Shown here: piece after piece, positions 56,845 through 64,000 of the stretch | How positions within the stretch are numbered: the first letter of the stretch is position 1 | How the letters are laid out: the number at the start of each line of letters is the position of its first letter | Assembly: GCA_051362555.1 (NCBI GenBank) | Contig: JBPQGU010000016.1 | Span: forward strand, 5,332,001-5,396,000 | Origin: Lingula anatina | Lineage: Eukaryota > Animalia > Brachiopoda | DNA: 64,000 nucleotides | Direction of reading: 5' to 3' | Notes under the pieces: model-generated | Told to the model about the DNA's origin: nothing | The model's input: only the letters and a program-made list of their open reading frames with translations | The model's database searches: none | Translations under genes and position numbers: made by a program

Positions 56845-57454
56845 TTTGGTGGATTTGTGTGAACTCAACTAGAATATAATAACACATGTAGTGACACTCT
56901 CAGCAAAGAAAAAAGAACTTCCAAATGGTTCATATCATTGAAATAACTATGTTTTTAACATTTTTCTACAAGAGATGTTAGGTTGTTAGGTTACTTACTG
57001 TAGGTTATAACTTATAATATAATAGTAGTGAAGGGGTAAAATTCTTAAATTAATAGGAATTTCCTGTTCAGAAACATTTCATACAAAATATAAAACTGCT
57101 TTCAAAACTAGCTTACATGGGCAAAGCTGAAAAACATTTTCATTCATGAATGAGAAAGAATTTCAATTTGCGACAAATTTCCTGTGTTTAAACGGAACAT
57201 CAAAGTTTACAAAGACGAATGACTAAGTCCCACGAACAGAACTTTCATCACAAGTCATAAAAGGCTTGGCCAACCACAGTTTTAAAGTGAATACCTAAAT
57301 AAACACAATAATGAAATCTTATTTCTTCATTTAAATTTACGTACTTAGAAAATTTCGATCGTCAAATAATGAAGGACTATTTGACAATATTCCAGTGTGT
57401 CACTTACCCAAATGCAAAGTACACTACCACGAAGCAATATGGCTACGTCGCTTG

Positions 57455-57600
57455 CTATAACCGGAAGTAAAAATTATTTGCGACATGGATTCTGATTGGA
57501 TAAGATGTGACACATCTAGACCATTCTGCCAATTAAAATATATCTGTTATACGACAAAGGAAGTTTACAGTGCACATGCGCACGGCTGCTGAAAGGAGGG
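57455..57600. promoter_or_regulatory. Bidirectional promoter SAR1/MRPS24
   Basis: Head-to-head first exons ~200 bp apart. ETS-type CCGGAAGT at 57461, opposed CCAAT boxes (ATTGG ~57496, CCAAT ~57528) and NRF1-like TGCACATGCGCA at 57571. Confidence 0.65.
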
Positions 57601-57602
57601 CA

Positions 57603-59322
57603 ATGTTGGTGAGAGGAAATTACGAGTAGACTTTTAGTGTGGCTACGGGATGTTAGACATGCGAGGCTCATTACTATTTGCTTGACACAATAAAATAATC
57701 ATCCGTGCCAAAACGTATTAGTCATAATAACATAAATAATAATATATATGGGTAGGGCTGTTTAAAGTTGGCTAATGAAGGCATTATAACATTATATGAT
57801 TATAACATTTTAACAGGGCGATAATAACATGATATATGGAACTTATAAGCTGGCTAATAGGATGTTGGAGTCAAATGCATAAATGTAGAGGTCTCCACTT
57901 TGTTTTATTCGTAATGCACCAAATTATTCAATTGTCCAGTGAAAGATGTTTTATTTTTTTTCGTACATATTTTCCTTTTACGAATAGAACTAGAATTCAT
58001 CAGTTGACAAACAGAATATATTTCTCCTGCAAACATTTATTAACATACCATTTCCAATCATTTTCAGACTAACTCAGTATTGTTAGCAGTGTTACAGCGT
58101 ACTTGTAACACGTGCCCAGTGCGAGGGATTAAAACCAGTGCTGTGTATCTGAAGAACAGGAGGGCTGCAATCCCCAAGAGATCGGCAGCGGGGAACCATG
58201 GTATTCTGTATGAAAAGGCCACTGCCCCTCACCATCTGGGAGTTAGGAAAGGATGGCTAACATGGAATACTAGTAAGTTCATGCTGTGGTTAGCAGGCCC
58301 GTAGCCAGGGGGGGTTCGGGGGGTTCGAAAGAACCGCCCCTTTTGCTGGGAAAAGGTCCACCCTGGGTAAAATTTGATCTAGGTACATGAAGTTTTCATG
58401 GTAAAAGGTCCACTTTTTCAGAAAAAGAACCCCCCTTTTGAGATTGCTGGCTACGGGCCTGGGTTAGTCTTCTAGCCTAGCTGTTCAGTATGTTAACTGT
58501 GGTATTTATGAATCTTGGATTTTATTCTGAAATTGCAGCCGAAATGGAGGTGGAGCAGAACAGGAGCTGGAGCCATGCACAATTCTTGCAGGGTTCACAC
58601 AGATTTGAAAAGTGGTTAAAAGGCTGTGTGTCTTTCTTTTAGTTTGTGACCTTGTAAAGAATTTTTATCAGACTTGAAAAAGGTTTACATTCTGTCATTT
58701 GGTCCTGGAGTCTAAGAGAATTATTCTTTTATCCCTAAGCACTTTGTCAAAAAATCACAAATCTTGTAGTTTTTAACCTGAATGTAAATAATTTGCAGAA
58801 GGAAAGAATACCCCTTTTTGGACATCATTGTATTTGATTCTTAACATGTTCTACAGTAGTTCATAAATTGTGTTCCTTGCAATTTTTAGAGTAAGGACAA
58901 TATTAATGTCATTCCTGTTGATAGGACATCTGTAGTTTTTAAATCTTTGATATTATCACATGATAACATATCCTAATATTTTTTGTGTTAATTTGTGTTT
59001 ATTATCTTTAAGTGAGTGTTTTGAATGGTCTTATCACCCAGGTAATCTTTATGGAGAATCCAGATCCTCAGAAACTGCATTGGAAGATGCTTACATCAGA
59101 AAGCTTTTAAGTGAATTGATGGGAGTAAATGACTACATAATAAAAAGGAAATACAATGTGATCACTGTATCAGCTGCAATTCCACCAAGGAAAGGATACA
59201 ACCTCCTTTTTTTTCAAATTGGATTTGCTGAAGAATTCTTAACCACAGTCTTACAGTGTCCAGTGAAAGTGGATTTCATTGTTCGAGGAACGGAAGACCT
59301 TCCAGTATTGCGATATATTTGA
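57603..59322 (+). CDS. MRPS24: Mitochondrial ribosomal protein S24 (uS3m); exons 57603-57608 (inferred), 58068-58272, 59042-59322
   Basis: TSAVYLKNRRAA...YEKATAPHHLGVRKGWLTWNTSNLYGE...EDAYIRK...IIKRKYN...GFAEEFL...CPVKV match MRPS24 motifs. The 6-nt first coding exon ATGTTG|GTGAG is in frame but less certain. Confidence 0.85.
58294..58461. mobile_element. 168-bp MITE with 15-bp perfect TIRs and a 6-bp TSD
   Basis: CAGGCCCGTAGCCAG...CTGGCTACGGGCCTG, flanked by GGTTAG on both sides. Confidence 0.9.
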
Positions 59323-60406
59323 AACATTTGGTGTATGGATAGCCCTTTAAGTTTTCCAATTCCAAATCAGGATGCAGGAGGAAATGGTATTAGTTCTGTA
59401 ATTCTGTTAAAATTGCCCTCACAATTAGTTTGTTGACTCTTTATTTGAGAAAGAACAGTAAGAGAAGAAGAAAAACACAAAACTAAGTTTTCTTATGACA
59501 GACTTTAATGTCCATAAAAATCTTGGTATGAAGTTTCTTCTTTAAAGCACAGGGTCCTCGACTTCAAATGTACAACCATCGGTATAGTTCAACAACTTTC
59601 ATGCACCACTGTTTGAATAGGAAATAAATAGAAATGTGCTACATTAAACACACTAGTTTCTCAGAGAGAAACTATTGTTAAAAAGAATTCCAATTTATAT
59701 TACAAGTACTTTCTACTGCATGCATTATGATTGCAATTATTCTCCTTTGCAAGTTTATATTTAAAGTGATAATAACTCTTCATTTCGGCCAAAAAATGAA
59801 TTTTCCTGGAGTAAACAACAATTTTCCCATACTAACCAATGGTTAATGAATCCATTTTTACATTCAAAGTTAGTCCCTGGTTTTTTTCTAAAAAGTTTGT
59901 TTTTTGGTTAAAATCTCTTAAGAGATTTTAACAGAGTATAGCCATCAATGGAGGTCACGTGGTCTGAAGACAAGTTCAGATGTCAGAAAAAATAGCTATA
60001 ACTGCCGTTTTTGTGGTAAAACAGAATATATTATATTTCTATGAGTTATTCACAATGTTTTTTATTGTGAAATATAGATCTCATACAAAGAGTTATTATC
60101 CCTTTAAGTTACTTAAATATACCACACAGTGTCAACAATCAAGAAGGGGAATTTTCACCCTATTTGAAGCTTACTAAATGTCAGTTCTGAAGCAAACAGG
60201 CAGGTTCTGGTCAATATTTCATGGTTAATTCATTTCTATGTATATATACAAAATGGACATGCATCTTTGTCCATCCATCACAGATACTACTTCAATCAAT
60301 GTAGCTTATCACACCATCACACTAGATTTCATGCCAGGAACTTGTTAATCAGATCCTAGGTAGTGATTTTTCTGCAGTATATCATTGGACCATGCATATT
60401 TAACCC

Positions 60407-60438
<32 letters not shown>

Positions 60439-60595
60439 TTCATTTTGGCAGTTTTAAATGACCAAATCACTGTAGAAACTTTGCCTGCTTTGTAAACAAC
60501 ATGTGGTCACCTGTCCCAGCAGAGCTGCTTTAAAATGACACTTTTCTTGGGAAATTGTCCCAAGTGGAGTACAGTAAAGTCCTATTGTTGATTGT

Positions 60596-63500
60596 TCATC
60601 CTTTCAACTGCTTTTGTATACTCTGAAGGTACTCATAGTAAGACATACTGGCTTCCGTTTTATCTTCTACCATGTATTTGAAGAATTGCATTCTAGCTTT
60701 GCTGTCTTCCCTGCAAATGAACAAAATTAACCTGTGTGAACTGCCCTTAGTCCTTTTATACTTTAGAAAACTTTGTATGAACATTCTATTCTTTTTTTTC
60801 AACTAAGATATAAAATTCTAAAAATATCGAAAGGACCATGTGACCTAATGCCACAGATAACATACCTGACAACTAAGAACTTGGAGTGAAAAGGTCTCTG
60901 ATCTTGTAAATAATTGATAAAATTCCTAAGTCGCTCAGATGTCGGGTTTTCTAGTTCAGGAAGATCAGTCTGAAACGATAATCATTAAATAAATTCAGAA
61001 GCAAATGTGACTGAAATCATAAGGATAAAAAAAAATCATTAAATGAGACGTATCTTTTGTGATCTTTTTCTCTCAGTTTTTGTAAATGAACTTGGTAAAA
61101 AGTTGGGTTTCCCTACAATTTCACTGGCATTTAATATTTAACTTTACAATATTTAAATAAATGTCCACCCTCACCATTCCGTCTGGCACTGACAAAAAGT
61201 TAGGTTTGTCCAAGACCTCCTGACAAAAGAGGTCACTGATGGCCCCGCCCACATACAGAAACATTTCGTCCCCAGCGTCCAGCAGGAAAACGCCCTGTCT
61301 GTCCAGGTTGGCCGAGGATAACTGAAGATGTGGGGGTTGAGGAATCATCTGGTCATCCTTACTGATGGAATTCTGGAACCAAAATAAAACTATAATAATG
61401 AAAATAAAGTCTACTGGAGTTTATACCTCAAACAGTTCACAAGTTTTTGTACAAGCAATTTAATATCTATTTCATATTTCTAAATGTGGAATTCTAAATT
61501 AGTTTTAAATTTCAACTATCTCATTGGCATTTTAAATCTCTGACTGTCACTGTGGTTACTATTTTCAATGCTGAAAGGCAGGCATGAAATACGTGAAGAT
61601 ATTTGACATGATAATTAAAACTCAAACATACACTTTTTTAAAGGGCTAGTCCATGGGATTTTTCCAACCAAATTAAATTTCCTGAGGTAATGAACCGTTT
61701 TCTACTCATGGATATAACTAAGAGGGACTAAACCTAATTACCTTATCCTCCAGATTGTGCACAGGGTACATACTGGGATAAAGCTTTAACAAGATATAAT
61801 TAAGAAGTAAAGACTGGAACTAAACCTAGTTACCTTATCCTCCAGATTGTGCACAGGGTACATACTGGGATAAAGCTTTAACAAGATATATATTTAAGAG
61901 GTAAAGACTGGAACTAAACCTAGTTACCTTATCCTCCAGATTGTGCACAGGGTACATACTGGGATAAAGCTTTAACAAGATATAATTAAGAGGTACAGAC
62001 TGGAACTAAACCTAGTTACCTTATCCTCCAGATTGTGCACAGGGTACATACTGGGATAAAGCTTTAACAAGATATAATTAAGAGGTACAGACTGGAACTA
62101 AACCTAGTTACCTTATCCTCCAGATTGTGCACAGGGTACATACTGGGATAAAGCTTTAACAAGATATAATTAAGAGGTAAAGACTGGAACTAAACCTAGT
62201 TACCTTATCCTCCAGATTGTGCACAGGGTACATACTGGGATACAGCTTTAACAAGATATAATTAAGAGGTAAAGACTTGCACATCTCCATAAAGAACACA
62301 CGGTCATCCAACTTTGTGCTTACTCCAACCCTGAAGGCAGCCTAGAAATAAATTACTGATATATTATATAGACTTGTGTAATGATATTCCCTGTGTTATC
62401 AGTAAGAATATTATATAAACAGGAGTGTTGTATTATATTATTTCCTGTGTAAGAAGTGATGCCATTTATAAATACTGCAAAAATCATTTTTCTAAATCTG
62501 ACAAAATATTTTTAAAATGATTTGCAAACAAAAAGCATGTAATAAAAATGTGCTGAACATGAGTGGGCCATACAAATAACAAGAAACCAGGACTACTGTT
62601 AAAATTGAATATGTCAACATTCTAAGGAAGAGATTCCACAAACAGATCTTGAAGGTAAAAAAAAAATCAACAACAATCATGTAACACAAGCCCACTTCTA
62701 CATTCCAATTCCCTGTAATACTCACAGACTTGAGCAAGGCCAGTGTATACATTGGGAGTAACCTAATAGAGTAACAGCAAGGAAGGGTGCCTATCCTTTG
62801 AGAGGCTGGAATACTGCTGGCATATGCACTGATTGCGTCCATGCAAGCGTTAACCATAGCCTCGCGGGCATCCATCAGACTAGAACTGAGCGACCTGTCC
62901 ACAGCTACGAGAAAAAAAAGTCATCTGTTAGTGTTACCACTGTCAATTTCAAAGACATGTCCATTAGACTAAACCTGTTGCAGATAGCTTTTTACTGGAG
63001 TCATTACATAACAATCTTGTCATAAAAAGAAATAAGCTCAGCTGCCTCACAGTAGTTACTTGATGTAAATTATGTAGATTGTGTGTGCATACCAGCATAA
63101 GAGAGCATCTTTATGGAAAGTGACAATGTGGCACATCTAAAGTAAGACCAATTACTTTAGATATCACATAATGCAATATTGCTATGAAGTACCCATGAAG
63201 TACCCACCCATCTTAGGCAGCAATCCTGCTAACAAACCCAAGAAGTACCCACCCATCTTGGCCAGCAATCCTGCCAACAAACCCATGAAGTACCCACCCA
63301 TCTTAGCCAGCAATCCAGTTAACAAACCCATGAAGTACCCACCCATCTTAGCCAGCAATCCTGCTAACAAACCCATGAAGTACCCACCCATCTTGGCCAG
63401 CAATTCTGCTAACAAACCCATGAAGTACCCATCCATCTTAGCCAGCAATCCTGCTAACAAACCCATGAAGTACCCCCCATCTTAGCCAGCAATCCTGCTA

Positions 63501-63896
63501 ACAAACCCATGAAGTACCCACCCATCTTAGCCAGCAATCCTGCTAACAAACCCATGAAGTACCCACCCATCTTAGCCAGCAATCCAGCTAACAAACCCAT
63601 GAAGTACCCACCCATCTTAGCCAGCAATCCTGCTATGGCCTGCTGGTCAGCACCAGAGAAGACATCAGTCAACTGGTTGGTCACTGGCAAACACAAGTTG
63701 TGGACACGGATCCTTCTCTCCCCTTTACTGGACGTATACAAGAGAGCTGCCTGAAAACTCACTGTGGAACTCTCATGCAAATTGTCCTCTATGGAAACCT
63801 GCATGCCAAAGCCAGCGTCTGGGTTGATGTTGGGTAAGCTAAGGAGATCCGTGGACCTCACAAAGAAATTACCATGAAAGGTATGGATACTTAAAC
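60596..63896 (-). CDS. SEC24B: SEC24A/B-like COPII cargo adaptor, 3' exons 63896-63612, 62904-62726, 62341-62204, 61372-61175, 60969-60866, 60710-60596 (5' part outside the window)
   Basis: GLSIHTFHGNFFVRSTDLLSLPN...FQAALLYTSSKGERRIRVH...AVDRSLSSSLMDAREA...LDDRVF...PQPPHLQLS...MVEDKTEASMSYYEYL. Junctions are in frame; A versus B is not distinguishable. Confidence 0.93.
61725..62277 (-). repeat. 92-bp exon-end + donor tandem repeat (5 extra units) after SEC24 exon 62341-62204
   Basis: Unit is 74 exonic nt (...AATCTGGAGGATAAG) plus GTAACTAGGTTTAGTTCC; donor GT at 62203, 62111, 62019, 61927, 61833 and 61741. Confidence 0.95.
63184..63635 (-). repeat. 45-bp exon-end + donor tandem repeat (~9 extra units) after SEC24 exon 63896-63612
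   Basis: Unit TAGCAGGATTGCTGGCTAAGATGG|GTGGGTACTTCATGGGTTTGT, which reads (GGYFMGLLAGLLAKM)n in frame with the exon. Confidence 0.95.
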
Positions 63897-64000
63897 CTAA
63901 AAGCAAAGAGGAATCAATTGTATGCACTGGCCTTGAAGAGACAACGCTTTTTTTTTTCACATTTAATTTAGAAAGTGTTTGTTCAGAAAGATTTGTGTTT

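Noticed and set aside
63171-63754. Plus-strand repetitive ORFs (MKYPPILASNPANKP)n
   Set aside because: Antisense reading of the SEC24 donor-echo repeat.

Overview
Eukaryotic, AT-rich, intron-containing animal DNA, probably molluscan or lophotrochozoan (inferred from gene content and repeats). It is not prokaryotic and has no CRISPR array. Genes reconstructed by hand from GT-AG junctions, left to right: the first coding exon of a cGMP-dependent protein kinase (-); a coiled-coil + death-domain protein (-); two tandem STING/TMEM173 paralogues that appear to encode only the cyclic-dinucleotide-binding domain (+); two divergently transcribed ApoD-like lipocalins plus an orphan duplicated last exon; two paralogous small secreted permuted-NlpC/P60 (LRAT/PPPDE-like) genes, one nested antisense in a lipocalin intron; SAR1 with two alternative P-loop exons (-); MRPS24 (+); and the 3' part of SEC24A/B (-). 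LINE fragments, Helentron-type non-autonomous elements and MITEs are also present. The most striking pattern is five tandem arrays, at four independent junctions in three unrelated gene families (STING x2, SAR1, SEC24 x2). Each repeat unit is the 3' end of an exon plus the first bases of the intron, giving ladders of 5' splice sites. I found no equivalent array at any acceptor.
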